Positions 1 to 14,918 of a stretch of DNA of 64,000 nt are shown piece after piece. The notes under the pieces were generated by a model. It saw nothing but the letters and a program-made list of their open reading frames with translations, was not told where the DNA came from and ran no database searches. Origin of the DNA: Paraphysomonas bandaiensis (Eukaryota; Protista; Chrysophyceae); assembly GCA_965644295.1 (NCBI GenBank), contig CBFFRP010000358.1, positions 170,064 to 234,063 on the forward strand, written 5' to 3'. Both the position numbers and the translations under genes were made by a program. How positions within the stretch are numbered: position 1 is the first letter of the stretch; the number at the start of each line of letters is the position of its first letter.

Positions 1-2616
1 ATATAATATTATGACGTTTTGAATTTGCCTATTATTACGTTATCATGCCATCATGTAATGGAGGAAAATGCCAAGGAGGACAGTAAAGTTAGTGGATGTT
101 GCCTTATGAGTGTGTTCCTGGGAGGAAAGGTGCCCGAGTTATCCTGGTTGAGAGGAAATGGGGGTGCAAGGCGTATGTATTAGTCCCGAAGGCCGATAGA
201 CGGAAAGACTGGGAGGAAAAGGCACAAACAGGATATTTTGTGGGTTTCACAACGAGCAGATGGGGTATCAAGTGTTGATAGTAGGAGATACAATAGTCAC
301 GTCTGTTCATGTCCTGTTTGATGTATCAGTGCCCTAGAGATCGGCTGATTACTACCGAGAAATGGACTAAGCCACGGTGGCAGTGGTTCCTCAGGGAGGA
401 GTGTTATCGACAAAACCCATGTGAAGATGGCGGCCAACTGTACAACAAGACCACGCGAATATAGATTCGGAAAGAGGTCTAACTGTGGGATATAGATCCC
501 TGATGTCAGGTGGTGAGGAGCAACTGGAAGTTAAGACTCCTATTCACATCATCGCGGATGAGTGAAGACCTTGTGACAAGAGTATCTGCTAGTTCTGGAT
601 CTCGTGACGACGGGACCAGCGGACATTTATTACAGCAGTTGACTGGGACGGTTCCATCCCCTTCTGACTTCGTAAGTGCTCCGGGAGAGGAAGCTCCATC
701 AGATCGCTCAACTAGGGGCAGGCGCACAAGGGCTCCAAGGGTGGTGACGAATGTGTCAGTAGTAGGGGAGAAGCACGTATTACCTTCGTGTGACGAAGTG
801 GAGTGCAGCCTACTAGAGGAGGCAGATTCCATCTGGTGCTCGTCAGCGGGACCTAAGGTGCCTCAGACATATTCCGAATCCTTGGAGTTGCCGGAACGGA
901 AGCAATGGAGTTCAGCCAGGCTGAATGTGACGAACTGGAACGAAGGGAAGTAATGGAAGTTAAGCCCATACCTACCCCAGTGTCACTCCATTGACAGCAA
1001 GACAGGCTGAGCGTGACAGACTGGAACGAAGGGAAGTAATGGAAGTTAAGCCCATCATCCCTACCCCAGTGTCACTGCAATTTGAATCCTGAGTATGTCT
1101 TTGCTTTGAAACGCAACAAGGAGGGTGCGATTCCACGATAGAAAGCAAGACTTGTGGTACTTGGATGCGGAGGCCATGAGGTTGGTAGAGCCAACAATTA
1201 TACTCCAGTGGTAAAAGCGGTAACAGTAAGATTGCTATTAGCTATCGCGTTTGTTATGAATATGGTGGTGCATCAACTCGACGTATCTAATGCATTCTTG
1301 TATATGCAGATATAAAAGGAGATGTGTGTATAAGTATGCAACACCAGCAGATTTCAAATTGCCACCAGGATATTGCTTTAAACTGAAGAAAAGTTTATAT
1401 GGTCTTCGAAGCTCACCACGGTCATGATGATAATATGCTGAGAGCATGTCGAGATACGAATATTATTTTGGAAATTAAGCGACGAGTATGTGAAAGGTTC
1501 GATATTACAGATATGAATGAGATTGGCTAGTTTTTGAACGTGAGAGTGACGAGAACTCCGAATTGTCTCAAACTTGACATGACAGTGTTCATCAAAAAGA
1601 TATTGGTGAAGTATGTGGATTTTCTGGGTGTCCAAGGGACAAGACGCGGCGATACCCACTACATAGTGATGTCATGGATAGGATCAAAGTGGGAGTGGAA
1701 CATGTGCATTCGACTGAAGAGCAGGAATTAGTTGATAATTTTCCCTATCGTCCACTAATAGGAGCGTTACTTTATTTATCTATGAATACAAGGCCGGATA
1801 TCTCATATGCAGTTGGAGTATTGTCACGATTCTCAACGAAAGTTAATATCACTGTATGTAAGCTCATGATGTATTTAATGCAGTATGTACGAGGTACTAC
1901 AGATAAAGGCATTCATTATAGAGGGAGAGATTTTGATCTTCATATGTTCACTGATGCCGACTGGGCAGGCGATCCGTTGACGAGGAGGTCGACTTCAGGA
2001 TATAATATGTTGAGCTGGTGTACCACTATCGTGGGGTTCTAAACTTCAGTCTACTGTAGCTACATCGACTATGAAAGCAGAGTATCAATGCTTATATAAC
2101 GGATTACAGGAAATGATATGGTCTCGGGGGGTGACTAGAGAAGTAGGGTTGAAAATTGACGAGCCCACACCATTATTCCTGGATAGTCAACAAAGTGCTC
2201 AGGATATATCGGAAAATCCAGTGCAACATCAACGATCGAAACATATTGAGATTAAGTATCATATGATTAGAGAGAATGTGGATCCCGAACAGTTTAATAC
2301 AGCGAAATTAATTCATGTGAGCAGTCGACAACAGATGGCTGATATATATACCAAGGCTTTGAGAGGTCCAATATTCATTGAACAGAGGGAGCGAAATCTT
2401 GGGGAAAAATTTAAGACTACTGAACAAATTATCGCAGAGGTACCCAAGGTAAAGAGAGCTCGTCGTACCTAGTTAGGTGTTACTGAATGGTGGGAGCTAG
2501 CTATACCAGCGGAGTCATACGTCCACCAGTGTCCTATGAGGTTCGGTGGTTGCGTATCCGATAGCAATGTTCTTCACATATTTTAGAATGGTTAACTACA
2601 TCCAATTGAGTGGGAG
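1..2616 (+). mobile_element. Degenerate Ty1/copia LTR retrotransposon, internal pol region (integrase C-terminus, RT, RNase H), frameshifted
   Basis: GCKAYVLVPK..WEEKAQTGYFVGF (post-integrase motif); RT remnants YKARLVVLG-like, HQLDVSNAFL, LKKSLYGLR; PYRPLIGALLYLSMNTRPDISYAV; RNase H FTDADWAGD..RRSTSGY, SKHIEIKYH, ADIYTKAL. Copia domain order. Many stops and frameshifts. Polypurine tract GAGTGGGAG at 2608-2616. Confidence 0.95.
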
Positions 2617-2900
2617 TGTTGAGTTCTGCAATATGATGTGATATATATTGTGCAATTGAAGTGAGTTAACAGTGTGCAATAGGTAAAGTCAACTCATAGG
2701 TGTAACGGGTGATTATAGTTACAAAGGAATTAAATTCAGTTACTGATGTGTGACTATACAAGATATAGAACTGACTGATGAACATATGATAAACAGGTGT
2801 TGCTGGGAACAGATGTTTCAACATATGTTACACGAATATGTAGTGAAGTGTTCAGAATAATAATTATAATTTCTTACTTGAAAGTGCATTGTGTTCAACA
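2617..2900 (+). repeat. 3' LTR of the copia element (284 bp)
   Basis: Starts TGTTGAG directly after the PPT and ends TTCAACA (TGTTGA..TCAACA inverted termini). Confidence 0.8.
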
Positions 2901-3464
2901 GCAAGGTTACGGTTTACGTGTAGAGCAAAGTTAACTTCAGTGAAATGTCCATTGTTAATATCCTTTGTAACTATATTTACCCGTTATACATATCATACTG
3001 CAGAACTAAACAGTCAATACATTCAGTTTGCCTAAACTCTCAGCTATCAAAATACATAACATTAAAGCTGCCAAAATAAGAAGCAATGACAGTGTGAAAG
3101 CAAACAATTGACTACTGCTGAAATACACCATACACCTGAGCACGTCGATTGTGAATCCAGTTTGCTCTGACGGATATGAGGTAGAAAGTGATAGTGTTGT
3201 GTATTGTGTATATGTAATATATAACAGTATCTACAAAGTATAAATAGTATTCGAGACTCCTGCAAACAGCATAAACCATTCGAAGTGGTATAACATGAGA
3301 TTTCATGTGTCGTATTATACTGTAGTACTGATGCCACAATGCAAGACAACCCCACGATGTGTACCAATATTGGCTACTTAAAATTAATACACTAACGAAA
3401 GAATACTACAGCCAAGGCGAAATTTATACCATCTACGTACTATTGATTTTGGATGCGGGCTCGA

Positions 3465-6400
3465 TTAGAACTGAAGCGATGCTGCTGAGCGCACAGAATA
3501 AAGCTACAAACAACAGATATTACAAATTGTAGATACATAAATAGATAGCCCAATCAATCACTCAATATATATTACTTACATCCTTAGTGAGCTTGGCGTT
3601 TTCACTTTGCAACGACTTCGCCGCTGCTGAAGTATCCCGATAAGCAGACACTAACACCGCTGCGTCAGCACACCTACAAATTGATAGTTGTCAAGAATAT
3701 ATTCACAGCATGGGTATAGCAAGCGGAAAGTTCACACATGAGTCCTAATAAGTGTAAAAATACCCAGTTAGGTGGTGTTGTCACTTCTCCACAAAAATAT
3801 ACTGTTCAAGATACTATCAAGTATTCTTCTAGTATACCTTAAAATTTCAAAAGCAGAGTTTCGCAGCTCGTTGCTTGGGCTATACACAAGTCTACACGCA
3901 GAAAGTCAAAAATAGTCCACTTAACCGTCTAAAAATAATAGGACCAATTCCCATAGCATTCGATATAGGGTACAAGTATAAGTGGTTACCTTAAAGCTAT
4001 ATTGCTGCACAAAAATAAATGCCCAGTAGTTTCAAGCGCTGCACTGTCTTCATATATGGAATGGTCTACCGTATCTGCTTTGTCTAAAGCACTGGACATT
4101 TTGTCCGCGTCCTTCTCAGGACTGCCCGCTTTAGGATGCATTACAACCAATAATTCCTCAAGAACACAACACCAGCGCTGTAACGCCAAGAGCGAAGGCG
4201 ATCGGTCACTTTCAGACCATCGTAACTCACATAAATCGGATAGCGACGGCAGCATGTCGATAGAAGTTCGTACAGAAAGCATAGAGTTTAAAAACTCCGC
4301 GCATCTACAGTAAAACACACACTTACATATAAGTATATCTACATTGGCGAATTTATACTTGATAGTACTTACATATTGTGCAGCTCAGACGAGCTCACGA
4401 AGATAGAGCCCTGGTTTTCACACACTGAGCTGGATCTAGTCATACTCGTGAATACTGACTCCATTGGCACTGCACACAACTCAGAAAGATCCTCAGTGAT
4501 AATAAGCGAGCCAATCAAAGCCCTACAAACCAATTAATTGTCATACTCCAATAGCAACAAATGGTTTAAAACCTCTTCTGAATTTCTAATAGCGAATTAT
4601 CGTTATCAGGTGGAGCGATAACAGAAAATAAATGTTTTTTGCATGATTTTAGCATCCGCAAATGAAACCACAACGGGTGGTGGCTTTCGATGCAGTCTTT
4701 ATCGTTCTGAGCAATCGCAGAACAAGAAGACAGGGCTGCGGTAATCATGCGACAAGATGACACTAAAACATCTACAAAGCTCCGCAGTGAATGAACGTGT
4801 GATCTACTGAATACAAGACATGACCTGAATTTCAATAGGATCGGCAACATTATATTACCTGCTAACTGATACAATGTGATGGGACACCGCATCCAGGACT
4901 CGTGACGTGCAGTTTGCTGATACTTCTATCATACTCCGAAACTGCCCTTCGTCAGCTTGCCGATGCTCCTGACGCCACTGAGGGTGATGAGTGTGGTCTT
5001 TGACGCAGAGCACATCATATGGCCCAGAAATATCACTGCTGGCTACACAATTCAGTAATTCTTCATAAGTCAACCAGGGAGACAATAAGCAGGCCAGAAC
5101 TGATAGTAACTGATTTAGGGTACTACTAAATTGCACAGCGCGTGGGCTTGAATTCATCGTTCGTAATGCAGGTAATCCCACCTCAAAAACGACGGCAAGA
5201 ACGTCATATGTAGTTGAAGTCAGTGGGAAAACACTCCACATATCACAAGATGGATTTTCGGGGACAGCCCCAGAGGGTGATTTCACAAGAATTCTAGTTA
5301 GTTTTAAGCATTCTATATTCTGTTGTGAATGCTGACAGGGTGTAGGTTTTCCAGATGAGCTATTGTTGGTCTGTTCTTCTTCATCTTCACTATCGCTATC
5401 AATAGTTAAAAGCTTTGCCAAAGAAGTAAAGATTCCAGATTTCTTGCTAGAATAGCTCTCAGCGGTTGCTACTTTCCTGTGACTTCTTTCGGAATTGATG
5501 GTCCCAGTGGGTGGGTTATCAAAGCACCTCTGAATACGGGTACAGAGCAGCGGAGAACACAAGTCGTCAACAAATCTTCGAGATACGACATCAACAGCAC
5601 TTGCTAGCCACTCAGCAGATGTTGAGGGTACTGAAAATGTCTTTCCTGAATGCTCACCCGACGATACGTTTTCTCCACCAGCACTGGGGCTCAGAATACT
5701 AATCAAATACTTGCATACTTCAGTGCGCAACGTGACATCAACAGGAGCAAATATCACACGCCGCGAGTCATCTCCCACTTGTGATGTGGTGATATCCTGG
5801 GCTTTCGGTGAACTTAACTGGGCGTAATGACACCCGGAGAATGCCAAGTCCGTCATGCACGACACAAGGCAAGAAAATGTCATAACGTCAGTGGGACGGA
5901 CAGCCTGTAGTAATGACATTATTCCCCTGTGCAGCTGAGACTCGGCTACTTTGCCCAAACGCTTCGAGGTTGGGCGAGATTCATCAGTGCTACTCTCTGC
6001 CACAAACTCAAGTACACAACTTGAACTGGCAGAGTCAGGATTTGTAACTGAAACCGACACCCGTGGACGCGACAGCACAGCCAGCATCTCTAACAAACCT
6101 TTTATATTTTGACTATACCGAAATTCAGCTTCAGTGCCACCAGTGTATAGTTCCTGTAAATGTTTACATAAGTGAAGTGGAAGGTCGCATCCAACGGATG
6201 TAAAGCACACAGACAATCGTATGGTTGACCACGCCATAGACCATAGCATCTGGCGAGCAACTTCTTGATGGCCGTCACTAGCCACATCATGATCTCCATC
6301 CGAAGTTATTGACTTAGTATTCGAAGGAGTTTCGTTAACCAAAGCACCACCAACCACACGCATACCCTGTGCAGCTCTAGTTTTCGTTCTATGAAAAGAA

Positions 6401-9400
6401 ATTAAAATGCAAGTAAAGCAAGTTCATCGCTTCAGAAAGTACCATAGTACAGGGCGTCGAACACTATAATGAACAATACAACAAATATACACGAAACCTA
6501 CACAAAACATACTTGTATGACTTCGACGAAACTATTTTAATCATGTCAAATAGACTGTCAACACCAGCTAGAGCAACTTCTAAATCCAATTCTGCAGCCT
6601 GAGTTGCTCGCACACATATCTGACAACATGAAATTACTCAAACAGACACAACTGGAACATAGTTGACCGGCATCCATACAGTCACAGATACAAAATAGAA
6701 ACATTCGTAGAATACCACGCGCACAGACAGTAAATACAGCTCAAAGGATAACCTGTAACGCCTGTGTCCATGTGTCTTGAAACCACTCCTCAGTCAGCAA
6801 ATGCTTCACGCATATACGCATCACACGTGATAACCCCCGCAAAGCCAGCACTCGTGTTTCAGACCACTAACAACAGTGAGATATAAGTGAAAAGTACAAA
6901 CGAATATAATTTCGGAGTCAAATGGCATAGCATGCAATCAATGCAGCGAGCAGCATGCTGTTGTCCAAGGTTCTAAGCAACCATGCGCCTACCTGTTTGT
7001 GGGCATTGTCACGGGAATGATGCAAAGTCATCTTCACGCCCCTCTTGATCTCAGGAGCCTTAGCTTCTTCGTTGCTCCTACTCATTACAGTTAGAGCATG
7101 CATACTATACAAGTCGAATACATGAATTCAGTATAGAGTTACGCGTAAATGCTACAACCAACAAAAAATCATACCGCATTGCAACGCCAGATCTTGTCTC
7201 AACTCTTAAAAACAATGGGAAAACGACGTCGTCAAAAGCTTGCATCCACTGGTGATTGGATAACATTGGCGCGTTGGTAACAACAGCAGAGAAAAGGGTA
7301 TTCGTTGCACAATTGCGAATCTAAAATAAGCGTTGATATTTTGGAAAGCATTAAGTACACAAGAATGAGTAGACTATATATAAATGCAACATCACATAGA
7401 AAACATCATTTCATTGTGTGCACACCGCATATATACACTATACTATGGCATCCATATACAATGCGATATCTGAAGAAATACATCGAATATGCTGTATGTA
7501 AATTCATAACGCAACTGTAAATACAGAACTAATACATGTTGTACCTCTGGCCGTTGGTCCATGGAAAGCAAGAGCAAATGCCTAAGCATGACTTCCAAAA
7601 CAGCACTAGTTGTTTTCTCGTCTCCTTTCTCTCTGGATGTGGTCATTATAAAATCTGTTACCTTCCAAAGCATCTCTACAGAAGTTAACGATATATTCAC
7701 GTCACACTGCTGTGCACTAAACATCGACAGACATGTGATGACATCCTTTATTACATCCTTCTGCTCGCTAATCACATCCAAGAAATCATCTACAATGAGC
7801 TTGATACACGAAAATGATGTCTGTAATGCAGCATCGGGCCAGGCCTTTATAGTGCTGGCATCATCACTATAGGATTCCGGTCTAGTTTCTCCATTTCCTG
7901 AAGTGGTATCCTGCTCAATGGGTGCCATTGAAGATGGTACAGCTGTTAAAAGCTCGATAATGATGCCCCATCCCCCAGACACAGCCTGACCGCCACCTTG
8001 AAGGAGCTCTAAAAGTCCCTGCATGACATCCACTCTCACATCGGCGAATTTTGAATGTGAAGCCAGCCCCTTCAGTGCCGATAAAAGATCTGTTTGTGTA
8101 AGTTGGGGTGGGCCTTCTTTAACATGTACAGTGCTGCCACGCGACTGAATTGAATTTCGATCGAGCAAAAGTTCCCTGAATGTGAAGCATACGCATTAAC
8201 ACACAGGATAATGTGCCAGTACAAGCATACATTGCACCAGAACTATGAACACACACACATTATCTAAGATGATACACTTGCCTTTGATATTGTCGACCAG
8301 CAAACACAGTCTCGAAAGATGGCATGATGTAATCGTAGAGAACATCATCCGATAAATGAACCTGATTAGACCACCCGCTTTTCTTTTCTCCAATGTGCGC
8401 ATTCAACCCAGCTTCAGTATCATCTTCTACGAACGACACCGCCGCTGGAATTTCGAATGTGGAATTTCGCATGTAGTTTAGTGTGGTGTTGATGACGTCA
8501 TGCGTAGCAGCGACTGATACATGGCGGGTTTGTGCCACCTACAATCACACAGCAGCATGGCATCATTCATCACGAAGCATTGAAATGCATTAATAGCCAT
8601 TTTATAGCACAGTAAACATGAAACGGGTACCATACCTTATGAGCAGACATCATACGCAAGTGCGACGTGACCATTTGCCACACACATGACATTCGAAATG
8701 CATTCAATTTTGCCACCTCTACCGCTGCATGTAAGGAGTAGCTCAACGCCCCGCTCGAGAGAGCTTCAAGCATATAAATTGGACCCGATATTGTACCAAC
8801 AACGGACGAGTGATTGATACGAGAAGGGTCACTACTCGTATAATTCGAGCTGGGCGTTGTATCTCGGCCGACCGTGGCAGCATCTCTGGGAGTGGGTGTT
8901 GGGGAGGGATTACCAGAGGTAACACGTTTCGGGGCAGGGGAAGTAGGGACTGCAGACGACTGTCCCATGGAGGTTGCAGTGACTGCTAGGCCGTTCAGAG
9001 ACAATGCTACTAGAGATGTCATTAAACGTATCAAGGCTTCGTCAGAAATGAAGACCGTGAAGCCCTTAAAGCGCTCAATACATTGAAATATGCGGTCAAT
9101 ATCCAGTGGCGTCAGCTCTTCGTGAATCGTAGGAGCAGTGGATGCAGGTGTGCCCCCGGATGTTGTATTCTGCACTGATCCAGTATGGTGAGGGCCACAC
9201 ATCAGGAGCAACTCAATTAATTGTTCAAAACTGTCCATAATGGTTTCCCAGTCCGTTATGACGTCACCTAGAACGTGAACAACTTGGGTCAATCGAACCA
9301 AAGATTGTACATGCCTCCACCGAAATGATAAACCTTCAACTGGTAAATTCAAGGGCGGATTTAAGCCAGGCACAGGACACTTTTCCTGCTCCTGTAGCAG

Positions 9401-12400
9401 ATGAAGTAGTTCTTGTCCATGCCATTGCGGTACGGTGAGTCGACAAAGAGTGGATATCAGGGTATCACAAGTACGTTGTAGTCCCAGCAAACCAGCGGTT
9501 AGGGCAAGCTGCATAATATATTAAATGAATGTAAATAAACAGTAGAAGTCATTTCAATATCGAAACAAGAAATACCTCAGAGAGTATGCCCAACGACCTT
9601 CTGATCACACCAGTATCGCTAACTTTCGACAACATCCCCAAGCAGGCTTCTTGTACCTTTTCGAATGTTCTTTCACATACTGTGGCCGATGAGGTTCGCA
9701 GGACTTCAGCTAAGTCCACAGGATGTATTGCTCGCTCTGAATCTGACGAGCTAACTGGCGTCACAGACTGAGGCGAGTCGCTATATAGATAGGATGCAGC
9801 GATATGAACTGGTAGCAAGAGGCCATCCGAAGAAGATGGAAAGAACCGTCCACGAACATTTTGACACGACAGGGTTTTCCGGGAAGAAGAATCAATAGGA
9901 GATGTGGTTGGATCTGATTCAGTCATCTGGTGTGACGCTTCAGATATTGCACCAGGCGTTGAAGTAGCTAAGGCTCCACGCACCAGCAATCTTGAGGCAA
10001 TCTATATTCGTATGTCATGAGTAATGTATTGCGTTGACTTCTTAAAAAATTGATAAAGCATTGCCACTGACACGAAATTTATACATTTCTCACTCACAAC
10101 ACATATATACTGAATACCATGTACACAACTGAAGATACTACAATATGCAGTAGAGACATGCGCATACTATACCTGTAGTACCAAGAAAGCCAGCATCATC
10201 ACATCCACTGACCCTATCGAGGATGGTCCATTGAAGAGCAAGTCGTGTATAGCTCTGACTACGTAAGGTCGGTCCATTTCAGATGATCCTGTAAGAACCC
10301 CCTCCATCATTGTTACAAGTTGAGATCCTCGAGAGAAGGCCTCTAAATCCCTACGAAAGAAATCAGACAGATGCATACATAAGGGTTATGACGGTGCAGT
10401 GAGAACTCAAAAATAGGGAAATAAAATATTATCAAGGCTACCCAAGGGGCTGAGCGCAGTTATACACACATAATATTCTACACCAGATAGCACGTCATCT
10501 CTTTACAATAATAACGACAACCGATGTCCATATATCCAATAATCGAACTACACATTGACATCGCCAAAACACTATAAGCACCGCCATGCTATATATGAAA
10601 AGTTCATTCATATCATCAAACAAGCAGGACATGAATTACACCAATAGAGCAACAGAATAATAAAAACAGACGTCACATCATTCGATGAATGATTCGAAGT
10701 TCAAACCGACTTACTTGACGTTGCTTTCCACGGCTAATGCCTCTGCCAACATAGAAGCGGCTGTTAATATCACGGAAGTCAAAATTGTTGGAAGAGCATC
10801 TTTCCCATTCTCTCCTCTTCCAATGATGCAGCAAATATCGTCATTCAAAAGCATTGCCAACACTGCTTCGAGACATGCCCCCGCAGGGTGTGAAGGTATA
10901 TATATCGTACCACTTGCTGATGCAGATTGAGGACTGCTTTGAGGTTGTAACATGGGCCCCAAAATAGCCAATGGCAGCAACACAGAGCCCTTACAAGGTC
11001 CAACGCTGGTTCCTGTGCTCGCACTGGACGCTGGTTTGCTGATCGCTAGTCGAGACATCAACCCAGTCGCTGTTTGGTCATCATACCTTTGAGAGGCTCC
11101 GGTCGTCATATTGGAGGGGCTCACGACTGTGCCATCGGCATGCAGCATTCCGGCAGACACAGGCAGCTGCCGAACCATAGCATCCACGCCTCTCTCTGGC
11201 TGCAGGGTATGAACTAAGCATGTGGTAATCGTCTCAATTTCAAGCATAAGTTCAGGGCACTGCTGAAAATCTAACAGAATGCATCTCGCTAAACGAACAA
11301 CTTTAGATGTCATCATAGCCGGAGATACGGCTGAGCTCCCACCAGTAGATTTCGCACGAACACCACTAACATAATCTTCCTGCAATGTCCTCAACAATGG
11401 TACAATGGCAGTACAAATGGGCTGCTTAAGTAAACAGTTAAAAGGAGTATTGTTTATAAACAGATGGGGCCAGCCACTCAGCACGGCATACATTAGGTCA
11501 AGGGCAGAGCTCAGAGGAACAGATACACCTGTGTTACAAATGAACACAGTCGAAAACGGCTGAGAAAATTCACAACAAAATCATGTCACATCGTAATATG
11601 TATAGTGCATTTAGAGGTGTTCGCACCTTTTATCCACTCTCCCATCTTCCCTCTCAGAAACAGAGCAAGATCAGTGACCAGCAGTTCCGCACAACTGGGA
11701 AGACTATCTTGAGATGTGCGAGTCGAGGCTGGTGATGTCGTACGGGATGCATGAGACCCAACTTGTTTCATCTGGTCTACACTAACTGACTCACTGGTGG
11801 CATCCATTATCAAGGCTACCAACTGGCGAACTGTGGCAAATGCAGTTGATGAGACAGAAACACTTGTCATGTCGTTGCCGCATAATTGCAAGGCCAGAGT
11901 AATCATTCCACAGACATTCTCCACAGTAAGGTACTGGGAAGCAAATATGTCAACCGAAAGAGAGTTCGCCAATTGCAAGACAATTTGCAAAACTTTTAAC
12001 TGGATTTCTGTGTTACCAGACTTCGCCTGTAGTTTACGACATTATATATGTATGTATATATCATGTGCGTTGTTGATAGAGATTGCATTAGCAACCGTTG
12101 CCAATAACACCAAGAGGCAAAACTAATTACTAGGTGAAATCAATAAACAGCAAATACACTATAACTTATTTACAACACACATGAGATACTTCAATAAGTC
12201 GTAATTGTGCTATATATACAGGGCATCAGGGCTAACGTTGAGATACCTGTACACCCAATACACGGAGAATATTTTTGGCTTCAGAAGGAGGAACAACTTC
12301 GTAATTTAGGAGCATTTGCAAGCCATTCAAAGATAATTTCACCTTTCAAAATAACCGTCCATAAGAAAAGAAACGCACGTATTCAGATTGCCCTATACAT

Positions 12401-12768
12401 AATACAACATGCGTGCATACCAATTTTGCGTTTGCATCTGGCTTGTCGCAAGCTAAAATATAGGCAGCCGAGACCTCAGACGAGCGAAATTTTGCTATTT
12501 TGGGTGTACTTCCATTTCCGCGCATCACTTCTGACACGTATGATTCTGTGGGCCACAAGAACATTAATAAAGAATCACGAAGATATAACGTGAGCACCTC
12601 GCATTGTGCGGAGAGTCATCAGCCCCCTCTCTGCGGCTTCTCTCACCTCAGGATTTTTCCTATAACACACAGAAGGATTACAAACATGCAGGTGGATGTC
12701 GTTCCTCACCTCTTAGCTTCCACGCCGAGGTTGCGCACATCGTCTTCGATTCGACGCAAGAAATCCAT
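3465..12768 (-). CDS. MON2: MON2 homolog (ARF-GEF-like HEAT-repeat endosome/Golgi trafficking protein), multi-exon
   Basis: Spliced N-terminus MDFLRRIEDDVRNLGVEAKR-KNPEVREAAERG resembles MON2 starts. Motifs NAFRMSCVWQMVTSHL, GWGIIIELL, FSCIKLIVDDFLD, DVNISLTSVEMLWKVTD, DQRPE-IRNCATNTLF, HHSRDNAHKQ-WSETRVLAL. GT-AG introns; stop TAA at 3465-3467. Internal exon boundaries only partly traced. Confidence 0.9.
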
Positions 12769-13321
12769 TCAAAATACTGAACGGGATCTAAGTATGCTGA
12801 TAGGATATCCAGCACGTCCAATGCGTAACTAGACAACAAAATCAATTAGCAGCAGTGTGCTAGATACCCACCGACCGTATCTGTCAAGTTGCCTAATCTT
12901 TAGTAGGTAACCATCACATATACATGTATGTATCATACATGCTGCTCTGAGAATGGCAACATCACCAAGATGCCCTACAGAATACATGCTATACAGCAGT
13001 AGTTTGCTACTGTATTCGATATTGGTATACATATGCAACAACACTTGTGATATATAAATACAGTGGTATACTCTGCTGTATAGCACTGGTGTACTGATGG
13101 ATGGTACTATCATACACAGCGCAGCACACCTATACGAGTATAGGGTACAGCAGACAGCAGTATAGGAGAGAACTCTCGTAATACAGTCGCAGTATTCCTT
13201 GCTTGTTGTGTGCCTGCTCTCAAGTCGACTCTCTTCTCTGGTTCATCAGTCTTGGCTGGGTGAATTGTGACTACCTGCCAATATGTCGGAGTTTGAATCA
13301 GCATCTGGTGAATCATCGCCT
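12769..13321. promoter_or_regulatory. Bidirectional promoter MON2/GPN1 with two TATACAGCAG motifs (12990-12999 +, 13073-13082 -)
   Basis: 553 bp between divergent ATGs; the same 10-mer recurs in other promoters of this window. Confidence 0.6.
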
Positions 13322-14918
13322 ATGAGGTCGTCGCCTGTGGTGGTTATTGTGATAGGGATGGCGGGGTCAGGGTGCGTTCCATGAGCCTCACTGTCGATCG
13401 TCTTATATTCTCGTGCAGGAAGTCAACTCTCATGCACCGCATTAATCTGTCAATGAACGACAGCAACAAGAGGGGTTATTACGTTAATCTTGATCCTGCT
13501 GTGAAGAGCGTCCCTTTTGCGGCGAACATCGACATCAGAGACACGGTCAACTACAAGGAAGTTATGGAGCAGTATAATTTGGGGCCTAACGGGGCCATTC
13601 TGACATCATTAAACCTATTCGCCACTCGGTTTGATCAAGTTATAGGTGTGTTAACGTATTTTATTAGTGTGATTCATCCGTACAGTGTACAGCACATATG
13701 GCTTTACATGTATTATAATAACACTTATTGATCACAGAGATATTAGAGAAAAGGGCTGAGGAGACAGATTTCGTGTTTGTAGATACTCCAGGGCAAATTG
13801 AGGTAATGTTGACAGAGTAGGGCAATGTAGCATATATACCATTGTCGTCTACGATAATTTGGGTTAATGGGAATATTAGGCATTCACATGGTCAGCCGGC
13901 GGTCAGATTATTTTGGAGCTGTTGGCGTCGACGTTCCCTACATGTCTTCTTTATGTGTCCGACTCCGCCAGATGCACAAGCCCGACTACTTTCATGTCGA
14001 ACATGCTGTACTGTTGCTCGGTGCTCTATAAATCGAACTTGCCAGTTATCACTGTATTCAACAAAATAGATGCCGTCTCTTGTGCATACGCGCTGGAGTG
14101 GATGACAGATTTTGAGTCATATTTAGATGCATCAGAAAACACATCCACTAGAGATGGAGAGTATATGAGCTCTCTCAATCGGTCATTGGCTCTCGTCATG
14201 GATGAATTTTATAGGTATCTTTCGTCCAGTCGTGGTGACTGCACAATAATCAGGAGGCTTAGTACTGATGGTGTTTTTACAGCAACATAAGTGCTATTGG
14301 TGTTTCGGCTGCAACGGGTGAGGGGATTCCAGATCTCTTTCTCAAGGTGTGCACATAGTTTTTGTAATATGTGACCATGAAGCGGCGTTTTGTCATTATG
14401 AGGGTGCATTAATGTTGTGTCTGTATGGCGAATAGTGGTGAATATGTTTAATTGTGATTCACTAGGTTGAAGCTGCCGCTATAGAGTTCCGTGAAAGTTA
14501 TTTGCCTGAACTCCAGAGGTACATAATTCACTTATTCACTGTATGGTTGTGTACATATGTATCTATAATTTTTTCAGTTGTGGTGTGTATTATTTATTAC
14601 AATCATTTTATATTCATTATGCACACATTGTGATCATACGCTAAGGCAATCTAATCAGATGCAGTATGACGTGTATGATGTGACTGTATAATGCCGCCAT
14701 CGATACTATTTGACGTCACAGTATTGTGTTGTATAGGAGAATACGGTTGAGGGAGCAATCGGAGGTAGTTAGACAGCAAAGAGACCTGGAGGCTTTGCGA
14801 GGGGTCGGTACATACGTATGTACTTTTGTCTGGTGTGTGATTGTATGTTTAGGACATGGCTGAAGAGCGTGGAGATAAAGTTATTGCTGATGGCTCCAAG
14901 AAGGCTGGACACGTATAA
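13322..14918 (+). CDS. GPN1: GPN-loop GTPase 1 (XAB1/Npa3), multi-exon
   Basis: [17 protein letters not shown]|KSTLMHR (P-loop split by an intron), [35 protein letters not shown] (GPN loop), DTPGQIE|[13 protein letters not shown]; stop TAA 14916-14918. Confidence 0.95.
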
